Source of the DNA: Octopus sinensis
Lineage: Eukaryota
Direction of reading: 5' to 3'
DNA: 64,000 nucleotides
Assembly (NCBI RefSeq): GCF_006345805.1
Contig: NW_021835504.1
Coordinates: forward strand, 2,599 to 66,598
Every line of letters begins with the position of its first letter. Position 1 is the first letter of the stretch. The notes under the pieces were generated by a model. The model worked only from the letters and a program-made list of their open reading frames with translations. It made no database searches and had not been told where the DNA came from. Of this stretch, positions 52,351-64,000 are shown piece by piece. Made by a program: the position numbers and the translations under genes.

Positions 52351-52990
52351 TATATATACGCCTTACACTCTTTCTTATGGTTTATTCAGTCTCTTAGAAT
52401 CCGAAAGAATGGATTTTACTAAAGATTCTTCAAGATTTTACTAAAAATTCCCCGGTGATAGCGTTACACCAAGGGACGTATTAAACCTGGCATCTAAAGA
52501 AGACAATCGAGATTTTGGTCCTAATGCTTGCAGTGACACCTACAGGTCACTTGGTGGTGTTAAACTGGATGGCGATTAATCAATTTGCCAACCGTCTGAC
52601 AATGAAAGCCTACTCGCCCTTCAATGTACTTACAATTGTGCACGGCCGTTAACATCCGAAACCATTTCAACTTCGCTTACATTGGTATCGAAGACGACTC
52701 CACGGAGAAACCAAAGAATTCTTATGAATATTCTGTATCTATGTAATTATTTATGTTTCGTGTGTGCACCTGTGATTACGTATGTAATGAAGCCATGTTT
52801 TCCAGGTTTTGCTTTTCGAATTTCCCCTCTTTTCTAAGAATTTAGACATCAGCAGAGTTTTTTTTTGTTGGCACAGAATTCACATATCCACATTTTTGCC
52901 AGCGTCCACATGTATGTAAATGTGTGCATGCATACACACATGTACATGTTTACATGCATACATAAATTTATACAAGACTACTCTGTTGGT

Positions 52991-53347
52991 GTGGAGGCGC
53001 AATGGTCCAGTGGTTAGGGCATCGGACTCGTGTTCATAGAATCGCGGTTTCGATTCCCAGACCGGGCGTTGTGAGTGTTTATTGAGCGAAAACACCTACA
53101 ACTCCACGAAGTGGCGAACCCTGCTGTACTCTTTCACCACAACTTTCTCTTACTCTTTCTTCTTACTGTTTCTGTTGTACCTGTAATTTAAAGGGCCAGC
53201 CTTGTCACGCTGAATATCACCGAGAACTACATTAAGGGTACACGTGTCTGTAGAGTGCTCAGCCACCACTTGCACGTTAATTTCACGAGCAGGCTGTTCC
53301 GTTGATCGGATCAACTGGAACCCTCGTCGTAAGCGACGGAGTGCCAA
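52991..53347 (+). mobile_element. SINE family A (small internal deletions)
   Basis: Head GTGGAGGCGCAATGG and tail CGACGGAGTGCCA followed by an A-run. Confidence 0.92.
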
Positions 53348-53359
53348 CAAAAAAAAAAA

Positions 53360-54720
53360 CTTCATGAATGTTTTACATATTTTGACAGTACCTCTTGTAA
53401 CTAATCTTTTCATTTGTCGTGTTCTTTCTGGTTTTATGAAAGCCAACTTTTCAAATTTGCTACTGAAGCAGTCAGTCACGTATCCATCTGCTTCAATAAT
53501 TTTAGATAGAAATCTTAAAATTATTGTCCGAATTAACTAACTGTAGATTTCTCATTAGTTCGCCATAGATGTTTTTATTTTCACTAATCTTTAACATTAC
53601 GTTATCATCTACTGGGAAACAAATTCCAATTATTATGAATAGCTTCTTTTCTGTGTCGCCAGATCATTATGTTTTGTCTGCAGTGCTTGCTGATAAGTGA
53701 AGACTGGATAGAGACTTTCCACCATCGTTCTTTCCTATTACACTCGCCTATACACCACACATCTCTATAGCTTCTTATATTTGTCACTTCTAGGTTATCC
53801 TTTCCACAAATTGTCTTATGTAATGTTCAAGCCACGACATCATATCCCATCGATAATATCGTAATTTCATTTTTTTTCTATAACACCCATACTAATGTTA
53901 TATGTGACATTCTCAATGCTAATTCCACAGAACGTGTCAATTGTACCGAACGGGGGTTGCATCCAGTTGACTTACCTGTATCCGTATCCCTTCTGTACAG
54001 TAGGTATTTTGTGACTGTATCCTGTTTCGTATCGCAAAAATCATATCCTTCAGAGCGAAAGCTAATGTCCCGGTCGTTAATCCATGTTAGACTATTCCAG
54101 TTGTCAATGTTGCTGTCATTTTGAAGCCCTCTGAGGATAAAACCTTGCGTGACCTTTTGCTAGTATTTATGCAGCTTTTCTTCTAATGACCTGTTCAATC
54201 GAATGGATTTGATGCGACATTCAAAAGCTGTTTGGATGGATGTCAAGCTGACGCCTTTTTTTTTTTTTAACTAAAGGTGATTTACGGAGGCGCAATGGCC
54301 CAGTGGTTAGAGCAGCGGACTTGCGGTCGGAGGAACGCAGTTTCGATTCCCAGACCGGGCATTGTGTGTGTTTATTGAGCGAAAACACCTAAAGCTCCAT
54401 GAGGCTCCGGCAGGGGGTGGTGGTGACCCCTGTTGTACTCTTCCGCCACAACTTTCTCTCACTCTCTCTTCCTGTTTTTTGAGTAACGCTGCGACGGACT
54501 GGCGTCCTGTCCAGCTGGGGGGAACACATACGCCACAAAAACCGGGAAACCGGGCCTATGAGCCTGGCTAGGATTGAAAAGGGCGACGTTTTTAAAGGTG
54601 ATTTACATCACTGGCATGTGTTAATAATTTTCGAGTTTTAACATCAATAGCCCAGATCAATAACCCAGAGTGTTGAAGAGATTAGGGTCGAAGTTTTTTG
54701 AAGCTATCCCAGAAACCAAC
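53360..54720 (-). pseudogene. Decayed R4/Dong-like (RLE-type) non-LTR retrotransposon, C-terminal half
   Basis: Minus strand: IDVKTRKLLT, G.SLTSIQTAFECR, ID..NSLTW...EGY.....VTKYL..RR, a degenerate CCHC region, WW.VSI...KHCR..I.IW, P.DDNV..K..E...YG.L.RNLQ, and GTVKICKTFMKF. Confidence 0.75.
54286..54592 (+). mobile_element. SINE family E inserted in the R4-like relic
   Basis: 14-bp TSD TAAAGGTGATTTAC at 54272-54285 and 54593-54606. Confidence 0.95.
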
Positions 54721-54916
54721 ACCCTTCATCTTTATTTATCTTTTTTTTTTTCATGAAATTGTCGTCTGAGGTACCTTAATTTTCATGACATTTTATCTGG
54801 TGTGGGGAAACGATAAGATTTTCTAGGTGGGGTCGTGAAAATGTAGAGAATAGAAAGAAGATTCAAGTACTCATTCCGCAAGCCATATTGACTTTATTGT
54901 GGACAAGCATTTTTAT

Positions 54917-54951
<35 letters not shown>

Positions 54952-54958
54952 TTTTTTT

Positions 54959-55075
54959 TATCTCACAACGTGAGATATCCAGCAATATCTGTGTATCACG
55001 ATTTCTGAAATCGCGATACACAGATATTGTTTTGAGCTAGATTCCATTGTTCGATGCTAGATTCCCTTGTTCGAA
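54959..55075. repeat. Hairpin cluster: 19-bp hairpin, 47-bp palindrome (54983-55029) and a ~20-bp direct repeat x2
   Basis: CAATATCTGTGTATCACGATTTC-T-GAAATCGCGATACACAGATATTG (22/23 paired). TATCTCAC-AAC-GTGAGATA. GCTAGATTCC(A/C)TTGTTCGA twice. Confidence 0.85.
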
Positions 55076-55616
55076 AATGTAAGGTCACAGATCGTGTCGT
55101 ATTGCCAGCTGGAGACGACATCTTCTGGGGCTAAATTGCAGTAAAATTACTCCTAAACCAGGACTGCCATGTTATGTTGGCAAACAATCTTTAGAACAAG
55201 CACTTCTATATTTCTGATATTGTTAGATGTGAGATTCTCTTGTGAAAGAGGTTTGCGGTTGTTTAAGTCATATTGCTTTCTATAGTGAATGAGCTCATAA
55301 TTTTCTTCGCTCAGCAACATGTCCTTTTGAAAAACCTTATAGCTGTGCTAACTACAATGAATTAAGGCAAGTAGATCCGACATGAGTTTTATCTGGTCAT
55401 TTACTTTCTATCTTGTCAACCAACTCCTTCATTGCGTTCTGAAGTTTAGAGTTGTTTACGAAAAATTTCATTCTGCCATGTTTGTTGACAATTACGATGT
55501 GCTTAAGAGTCTGACTGAATTTCCTTGATCCCCAACAGGTTGAGTATTTTTATTAACAGCAAAAATTTAATTCATCCTAATAGACTCCCACGAATTGCAA
55601 TGTTGTATAATTGTTA

Positions 55617-55938
55617 GTGAAGACGCGTAGCTGAGCAGTTAGGTTATTTGGTTCACGATCGTAAGGACCTGAGTTCGGTACCCGGCAGCGCGTTGTGTTC
55701 TTGAGCAAGACAATTTATTTCATATTGCTTCAATCCACTCAGCTGGCAAAAATGAGTAGTACCTGTATTTCAAAGGACCGGCCTTGTCACACTCTGTGTC
55801 ACGATGAATCTCTCTGAGAACTACGTTAAGGGTACGTGTCTGTAGGGTTCCCATCAACATGCACTTTAATTTCTCGAGCAGGCTGTTCTGTTGATCGGAT
55901 CGACTGGAACCCTCGTCGTCGTAATCGACAGAGTACCA
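55617..55938 (+). mobile_element. SINE family D
   Basis: Imperfect TSD GTTGTATA(A/G)TT(G/A)TT at 55602-55615 and 55939-55952. Confidence 0.9.
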
Positions 55939-56303
55939 GTTGTATAGTTATTGCTGGTGTTTTTTCTGCCTCTTTTTTTTTTTTTTGGTTCTTCTGCAGA
56001 ATATGGTGTTCAACTCTGTCAAAGATCTTGCTGAAATCAATTTATCTCATATCTAACATAGAAAAAAATGTTGTATCATGATGATCATGAAGTTTCGAAC
56101 GTGGTATCTGGCGTAAACTGCATAGCGGTGCTAACTGCATTTCGACTCTCTTCCTTAAACATGTAAGATGCTGTAGAAGACGAGCAGAAGCTGCGCTAAT
56201 CAGTCTCTACCAAAATCGAAAACAATGCTGGATATAAGTGATGGAGATCGTCGCTCCCCAGCAAGTCAGTTACACTTGATCTCTAGGCCACTTCAAATAG
56301 ATT

Positions 56304-57018
56304 TTGTGGACCTCCGTCGGTTACGACGACGTGAGTTCTAGGTGATTCGATCAACAGAACAGCCTGCTCATGAAATTAACGTACAAGTAGCTGAGCACTC
56401 CACTGATACGCGCACCCCTACTAGCTCTCAGGGAGATTCAACATGACAAAGAATGTTACAAGACTCGACCTTTTGTTCTCTAGAAAAACGACGACGCCGT
56501 GGGGATCTCATTCTTGCTCACAACATCATAAGCGGAAAGCGTAACCTCTTGAAAGAGCTGTTCTTCACTCCTGCTCCAGAGCGTCGGCTGCGGGGTCACT
56601 CCGAAAAGCTCTATCTGCGAGGATTTTATCTCAATCGAAGGAGAGTGGCTTTCTCCGTCCGGGTTGCGGATCCGTGAAATAAGCTGCCGGACGAGATAGT
56701 GAAGATGCCGACGACCGCTCGGTTTAAAGTCTCTCTTGACCACAAATGGCCTGAACTCCTTACATGAACACCACCCTGTACATAATTCCATGTCCCTCTA
56801 CATGGTCTTGCTTTTTGCTTTTTGAGCCAAAAATTAACTAACTAACTAACTAAAGCTGGCCCCTTTTAAATACAGGTACAACTCAATTTTGCCAGCTGAT
56901 TGGATTAAAGCAACGTGAAATAAAGTGTCTTGCACAAGGACACAATGCGCCGCCCGGAATCGAAATCGCGACCTTACGATTGTGAGCTGAATACACTAAC
57001 CCTTTAGCCACGAAACTC
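56304..57018 (-). mobile_element. SINE family D carrying a nested CR1 3' end
   Basis: Tail at ~56311-56462, body and head at 56854-57018. TSD-like CAAAT(A/T)GATT at 56294-56303 and 57019-57028. Confidence 0.85.
56464..56853 (+). mobile_element. 5'-truncated CR1-type LINE 3' end with (AACT)n tail
   Basis: [18 protein letters not shown] motif. Matches the reverse complement of 58866-59251. Confidence 0.9.
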
Positions 57019-57831
57019 CAAATTGATTAATCTTAAGAGAGGTGCGCGATATTGGTCTGTTGCTTACTACAAGTGATTATTTTCATTGTTTTGTTTTCTT
57101 TTTAGCATTAAGATAACAGACCGAAAAAAACGTTCGGGTGTATTGCCTGCATCTAACGATTTTCTCCAGATATCAGCTATGGAGCAGAGACGTTTGTGTC
57201 GGCACTCCTTCCGGACACTGCTTTACAGAAGTCAGCTATCGGAGTAATATTTAATTTCGTTTATTACCGCCATGACGTTCTCAGAGCGTTAACGTTATGT
57301 CAGAGACGATCAAACAGAATGGTGGAGGGTTTTTTATTTGATGGAACAGACTAAACAGCCTCTTAGTCAACTTTATTTGGAATCACTGAAGACGGCGCTG
57401 AATCATTCCTGTAGAACCTTCCCCAATTCTTTGTTGTAGTGAATGCTGTTTTCATCAACTAGTCGAACAAAGGGAGGGAAACTCAGCCTTGTATCTTTTG
57501 GCAAGAGACAGGACAGCTTAATGTAGTCTTCTTTGGCACCACTTTCATTATTATTAAACTTTTTCCACAGTGCTTTGTACATGACGGTTTTCTTTTTTCG
57601 ATAAACATACACACGCATTCGCATACTGGCGCGCTCCTATACATATATGTGTATAATTATGTATGTGTATGTAGGTAACTGTGTATGTATGTATGTATGC
57701 ATGCATGTATGTATGTATGTGTATGTATGTATGTATGTATGTATGTATGTATGTATGCATGCATGCATGTATGTGTGTATGTATGTATATATGTATGTAT
57801 GTATAGATAGATAGATAGATAGATAGATATT

Positions 57832-57882
<51 letters not shown>

Positions 57883-57884
<2 letters not shown>

Positions 57885-58380
57885 CCATATCAACAATTTC
57901 GTCAACTGTTCGGTGACAGTCCCCCAAGATCAGTTCATGAATTTTCATGTTTTAGTGACGACGGTGAATTAGGTCTATTTTCATTGATATTTCTTTAAAA
58001 AAAAATGGAGAGCTTTTTTTCTTTTTTTGCGTTTGAGCAGAGAATCGCAGATAGAAATGCACTCCATTAAATTTGTTTCTGTTAAACTATGGGGCATCCA
58101 AACATTAAAGTATTTCACGTATCCAAGTGTTTTTCAATGCCTTATAACACACGTATGAGATATGTAGGATATCTCTGCGATATCTCGTGTCATGTGACCT
58201 TGTTTATGTTTTAAATCTGGTCATCATAAACGACTGTAGCTCTGCCGGAACGTCCACGGCCTTCAGGATAAATAATTCTACTTCTAAATCTAGCAAATCA
58301 CCTACGAACAATCCTCTCAGCTGTGGCACTGTTTCCATAAACTACACGTCTTTTTTTTTTTGGCATTTTGTACCAAGATT
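57883..58380 (-). pseudogene. Mariner transposase N-terminal relic(s)
   Basis: GRSGR...TRDIAE.LHISH..V..H*K.LGY.....WMPHSLTE.NL..CISICDSLLKR (WVPHEL motif). Adjacent IHELILGD..RTVDEI. Confidence 0.75.
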
Positions 58381-58528
58381 TTTTCCTTTCCGGAAATAAA
58401 AGAGTTACAAATGATTTACCACCATTTCACTTTTAATATAAAAAACAATAGAAATAAACAATTCACACAGTTATCAAATAGAAAGCCGTGTTGACTTGTC
58501 ACCAATCAATAATAAAATTTATATGTTA

Positions 58529-60139
58529 CTAGCAGTATCGCCCGGCGTTGCTCGGGTTTGTAAGGGAAATAACTATATAAGCATTTTTAGAGATGTAAAG
58601 TATAATAGCCATCTCAATATGGCTAACCACAAAGGGGGGGCGTTACTGTAGCTTTTTACGCTCTGATATTTAATAATAAATTTTTAGAGAGTTACTTCCC
58701 TTATATATGCCAAAAATGCATTAAAAATGGGAAAAATTGATGGTAATATCTTTTTTAAATCGTAGACTCATCGTAGACGCGCGCTAATACCCAGAAGGGC
58801 TCGATATGAATCACGACTATAAGATACCCGGTTTTGGATAAACTGCACCGCAAAATGTGGGAGTAGTTAGTTAGTTAGTTAGTTAATTTGGCTCAAAAGC
58901 AAATAGCAAGGCCATGTAGGGGGACATGGAGTTAAGTACAGGGTGGTGTTCATGTAAAGGGTTCAGGCCACTTGAGGTCCAGGGAGGCTTTGAACAAAGC
59001 GGTCGTCGGCATCTTCACCATCTCATCTGGCAGCTTGTTCCACGGATCCGCAACCCGGACGGAGAAAGCTCTTCTCCTTCGATTGAGATGAAATCGTCGC
59101 AGTAGAGCTTTTCGGAATGACCCCGCAGCCGACGCTCCGGAGCAGGAGTGAAGAACAGCTCTTTCGAGAGTTACACTTCCCGCTTATGATGTTGTGGGCG
59201 AGAATGAGATCACCACGGCGGCGGCGTTTTTCAAGAGAATAAAGGTCGAGCGTCCTCAGCCTTTCTTCGTAGGACAAATTTTTGAGACCATGAACCAGGC
59301 GGGTAGCCAGCCTCTGGACTCTTTCGAGGTGATGTATGTCTTTGAGGAGATAAGGAGAAGAGGCTTGAATCCCATACTCCATATGGGTCTCACCAGCGTG
59401 ACATAGAGTGGCAGGAATATGGCTGCTGTGAGCACTCCGAATGACCGTCGAATCAAAAACAGAATTCCGCGCGCTTTGTTGGCAGCATGGACGCACTGGG
59501 CCGAAGGCGAAAAGAGGAATCCACCAAGATACCCAGGTCCTTTACCTGATCGGTCCTCTCCGGCAGCAGACGACGACCCGGCTCGAAATCAAGTTGAGTT
59601 GTAGGAGTAGAGCCGACAGGCAGATGACAGCACTTTAACACACGTTCAGACACAGGTCCCAATGTTAGACCACTTCCAAATTTGGTGGAGGCATCGACGA
59701 AGATCCTCTATACTACCGCGAGGAGCGACCAGTTTGATATCGTCGGCAAATAGAAGGGTGTGTTGCGTGAGGTCGTCGGGCAAGTCATTTATGAAGACTA
59801 AGAACAACAAGGGCCCAAGCACTGAACCTTGAGGCACGCCACTGCTCGCACTGGAGACGTCGACCGCGAACCATTAACTTGAACTTGGAAGGAGCGATCT
59901 GAGAGGAAGGCACCAACCCATCGTACAATATCCGGATGGAACTATATGCTTGAAGCTTGACAAGTAGTAGGCGGGGTGGTTTACCGAGTCAAAGCTTTGG
60001 CAAAGTCCAATAAAACGATGTCAACGCAATCACTATCATCGAGGATGCGCGTCACCAATTCTTCCATTACTAGTAAGTTGGTTAGGAATCTAAATCGTAG
60101 GAGACAGACAGCACATAATCTTACTTTTATATATAAAGA
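58529..60139 (-). mobile_element. Non-autonomous Helitron (~390 bp) with nested CR1
   Basis: Minus strand starts A|TCTTTATATATAAAAG and ends hairpin (CCCGAGCAACGCCGGG)...CTAG|T, with no TSD. Confidence 0.85.
58866..60085 (-). mobile_element. 5'-truncated CR1-type LINE (RT domain to 3' end), frameshifted
   Basis: LTNLL...VDIVLLDFAKA(F)[58 protein letters not shown]. (AACT)n tail. GTTAG at both junctions. Confidence 0.93.
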
Positions 60140-60406
60140 TATACTTCAGCCACGTGAGAAACGAAAGGACGTGTTTACACGATACTGAATGAAAAAACAA
60201 ACGGTACTAACTTCTGTTTCACCCCCCACACACACACTCATATATATGTATGTATGTATGTATGTATATGCACCAGCCATTGCTAGAAATAGGATTTTGA
60301 CTCCTGTTTCTAGCAATGCTGGTGCTACTGCACCCTTGGTCATCTTTAGTGACGGTGAATTAGGTCCCTTTCCGTTTTAAATTGCTTCCAGCCATCTTTA
60401 TTATTT

Positions 60407-61563
60407 TATGTATGTATATATATATATATATATATGCATGCATGTATGTATGCATGTATGTATGTATGTGTGTGTATGTATGCATGCATGTATGTATGTA
60501 TGTATGAATGTATGTGTGTGTGTATGTATGTATGTATGTATGTATGTATGTATGTATGTATGTATGTATGTACGTACGTACGTATGTATGAATGTATGTA
60601 TGTATGTATGTATGCATGCATGAATGCATGTATATATGTATATATGTAAGTATGTATATATGAATGTATGTACTTACGTATGTATATATGTATGCATGTA
60701 TGTATGTATGTATGTATGTATGTATGTATGTATGTATGTATGTGTGTGTGTATGTATGTATGTATGTTTGTATGTATGTATATATGTAAGTATGTATGTA
60801 TATATGTAAGTATGTATGTATGTATGTATGTATATATGTATGTATGTATGTATGTGTGTATATATGTATGTATGTATGTATATATATAAGTATGTATGTA
60901 TGTATGAACATATGTATGTATGTATATATGTAAGTATGTATGTATGTATGTATGTATGTACATATGTATGTATGTATGTATGTATGTATATATGTAAGTA
61001 TGTATGTATTTATGTACATATGTATGTAATGTATGCATGTATGTATGTATGTATGTATGTATGTATGTATGTATGTATGTTTGTATGTAGTATGTATGTA
61101 TAATGTTTGATAAGTGAATTAGCACGAGACTCTTGACGTTGTGTCGTAGCATCTCGGTTAATAAAAAAAGACTACATTTTGTTTCGTTTTGTGTATCTCC
61201 AGTGTGTAAAACCAAACACATACTAACATATCATACATAGAGATAAATACATACATACACACATGCATACATACATACGTACATACATACATACATACAT
61301 ACATACACACATGCATATACATACATACATACATACATACATACATACATACATACATACATACATGCATGCATACATACATACATACATACATACATAC
61401 ATACATACATGCGTGCATACATGCATACATACATACATACATACATACATACATGCATGCGTACATGCATACATACAAACATACATACATACATACATAC
61501 ATACATACATACATACATACATACATACATACATACATACATACATACATACATGCATGCATA
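60407..61563. repeat. (TATG)n tract (60407-61101) facing a (CATA)n tract (61246-61563)
   Basis: Complementary tetranucleotide arrays separated by a ~145-bp spacer. Confidence 0.9.
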
Positions 61564-62539
61564 CAGCGTGTGTCGGCGTTCTGTGGTGAGAGGCAAAGAG
61601 CGTTCCATCTAATTCATGGCAGAACAGCCAAGCATGAAACTGTTGAATATGTTATTGAGAGTAGGGAGGTGGAGAAAGTGATAGTCAGAGAGAGAGAGAG
61701 TCAGAAAGAGAGACAGACAGACATACAGAGAGACGAAGAGGGTGCGTGTGTAAGGGAAGACTAAGAAGGCAGACGAAGTCAGTCGACAGTAACAAGGAGA
61801 GAGGAAATGGCGTTAATTGCTTGTTGGAGATATAAAATTGCTGGTGATGGATAGTTATAGGGATGCGGTTTTGGTGGTGGTGGCGGCGGCGGTGGTGTTG
61901 GTCATAAAGACAGTATTGGTGAATGTGGTAATGGTGGTGATGACTTTCTTAGCAGTGATGATGATGATGATGGCGTCGGTGCTGGTAATAGCGACAGTAT
62001 TAGAGAATGAGGTGGTGGTGCCAGTCGTTGTGGTGACGGTAGCGTGTTGGCAATAATGGTGTTGGCGGCGGTGACAGCGGCAGTTGCGGTAGTGGTGGTG
62101 GTGGTGGTGGTACTAATGATGATGATGATGATAACTGTCCTATCTTATTTTATATAGTAGTGATTACGTTATCCTATGTATTTTTCTATATTTAAGAAAA
62201 ACTTTGTGCAATTTAAGAGAAATTTGGTTGCTATATCTAGCAGGTCAAGTCAATGCGAAAGGCATTTTGTTATTGTTTAACCTCAACTCTTGCCAACCTT
62301 GTATGATCAAAGGCGTTCTAATTAAGATCATCACCTCGTTTTACAGGCTTAATAGACTAATTAGCTTAATCCGTTGAGCTCCGGTTAGATTACCTTGCGA
62401 TACTTAGATTAGCACTCTGAGTTCAAACTCTGCCGTGGCCACCTTTGCATATCATTCTTTTGGAGTTGATAAAAAATAAAGTACCGGCCAAGTATCAGGA
62501 TCGATTCTTCTTCTGACTCTCTCTTTTTCACCAGAAACA

Positions 62540-63390
62540 GTTGACAATATTCACAGATGAACTCCACCGTATGGCGCCTCTACGACTCCGTCAAGGGTTA
62601 CAATTTAATACTACTAGCATGCTTGTTTCCAACCTATCCTCTGATGATGAAACAACCTTCAAAAGAACAGCTTCATATTACAATGTCGCATTAGAACGAT
62701 CAAATTTTAAGAACAATATAACCTGTATAGAATCAAACTTAAGCGAAACAGATGTAAGCGCAGGAAATTTTTGAAGTATCATTCTCCTTACTGTATGGTC
62801 GTGGTTACAACCACAGCTAGACGATTTCTGTAACATGTATATATACTTTCCACGCTCACATAAATATCACAAGAGCTTTAATAGAAACACAGTTAAAGTT
62901 AGCTACATTTGCTTTTCTAATATAGGTTCGATGACCTACAATCACAATAAGAACAATACATAAGAAACACACCACGCAGATCTTGTAACTATTGATCCCT
63001 CAATAATTGTCCTCTAAACAGTATGTGCCTGGAAAATCTGGCTTACGAGGCCAATATCACTGACATGCAAGAACTTACATCAGAGTGACTGGAAATACCT
63101 TTACGGAGAGATACATATTGTACTAGTCATCGTTTGGAGATAAGAATAACAGTGCTGACAACCATTAAATAAACTAGAGCATCATACCTATGGCCAGGTA
63201 ATATAAGAGACGAGATAGAAATTAAACATCATAACATTAACAGTCATTGCATATCAATGACCTTAAAGTATGTTTGTAATGTTTGCTTCAGTTTTAAGTC
63301 TATCTATATTTGATCCTTACGATATTTAATTGTTATGGGTGAACAAGGATTCAGAAATGAAATTACACTTACAGACTCATAATGAAATAC
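62540..63390 (+). pseudogene. Penelope-like element relic: RT C-terminus, linker and GIY-YIG endonuclease
   Basis: LSSD...F....YYN.AL..S, FPRSHKYHKSFNRNTVKVSY.C..N.....HN, SCN....NCPLN.MCL...YEANI...TYI..T..TF.ERY, with many lesions. Confidence 0.8.
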
Positions 63391-63519
63391 ATATTGCTTA
63401 CATATGTGTATGTTTGTTTGTGTGTATGTGTGTGTGTGTGGTGTGTGTGTTGTGTGAGTGCGTGCGTGCGTGCGTGTATAAATGTATGTGTGTATGTATG
63501 CTTATATATATGATATATT

Positions 63520-63666
63520 GGCCGAGGTCGACTTTGCCTTTCATCCTTTCAGGGTCAATAAATTAAGTACCAGTCACGCACTGGTGTTGATGTAATCGAC
63601 TTAATTCGTTTGTCTGTCCTTGTTTGTCCCCTCTGTGTTTAGCCCCTTGTGGGTAGTAAAGAAATA
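63520..63666 (+). mobile_element. SINE B, 5'-truncated
   Basis: GCCGAGGTCGACTTTGCCTTTCATCC...GTAAAGAAATA. Confidence 0.9.
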
Positions 63667-63691
63667 TATATATAGAGAGAGAGAGAGGGAG

Positions 63692-63725
<34 letters not shown>

Positions 63726-64000
63726 TATGGATATTAATACATATACAAGCAAAATAGCTGGCTGTAGAATCTCAAGAAGAAATCAGAGTAGTAACTTAAC
63801 TAACAAGTAAAATTAATCGCCACATCAAAGGTAGATAGCTAGATAGACAGGTAAATAGAAAGATAGAGAGAGAGAGGGGTGAGAGAGATAAAGAAAAAGA
63901 GATAATCCCTACATGCGTATTTTCGTATAAGCGTGTCCTTGGGTTTTTGTGGTTAAGCAATAATCTTATCCATATACTCATAGATGTGTATACAGAGACA

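Larger units (their letters stand above)
54755..57590 (-). pseudogene. Old CR1/Jockey-group LINE ORF2 relic fragmented by nested insertions
   Basis: Colinear minus-strand motifs: FSAVF, IWRKSLDAG..P, NRPISRTS, QH.FR.GR..LAQLL, IDFSKIFDRVEH, IRGSLLG*IKF, RPHLE...SP. Confidence 0.7.

Noticed and set aside
52380-52850. Unique stretch that could hide a host exon (also 4770-5070 and 16020-16220)
   Set aside because: Stops occur in the plus-strand frames examined at 52.4 kb, and no convincing splice pair or recognisable peptide was seen in any of these stretches. Small exons cannot be excluded without RNA data.
58864-58885. (TTAG)n as a telomere-like repeat
   Set aside because: It is the CR1 3' tail, also present at 56835-56853.
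58866-60085. Functional reverse transcriptase gene
   Set aside because: 5'-truncated, lacks the endonuclease and has several frameshifts.

Overview
Eukaryotic, AT-rich, apparently gene-free DNA (intergenic or deep intronic). It is most likely from an octopus or other coleoid cephalopod; this is inferred from the tRNA-derived SINE set and the extreme microsatellite density, and was not database-checked. I found no intact host CDS: the long ORFs are microsatellite translations or decayed transposon genes. The window is a mosaic of (i) tRNA-derived SINEs, labelled here A-E, many with clear target-site duplications (TSDs) and with swapped head/body/tail modules; (ii) decayed LINEs (RTE, CR1/Jockey-group, R4/Dong-like RLE type, Penelope-like); (iii) DNA transposon relics (Tigger/pogo, mariner, a hAT MITE, and a non-autonomous Helitron carrying a nested CR1); and (iv) large di/tri/tetranucleotide tracts. 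The most notable structures are three Penelope-type ends sharing a minimal hammerhead-ribozyme-like fold with covarying stems, one of them in a tRNA-headed element, and a multi-segment inverted template-switch rearrangement at 20.4-23.9 kb. Also notable are a dimeric ~170-bp satellite with two SINE insertions, several long hairpins, and an apparent SINE target-site preference. Family names rest on motif recognition by eye, and boundaries of decayed elements are approximate.
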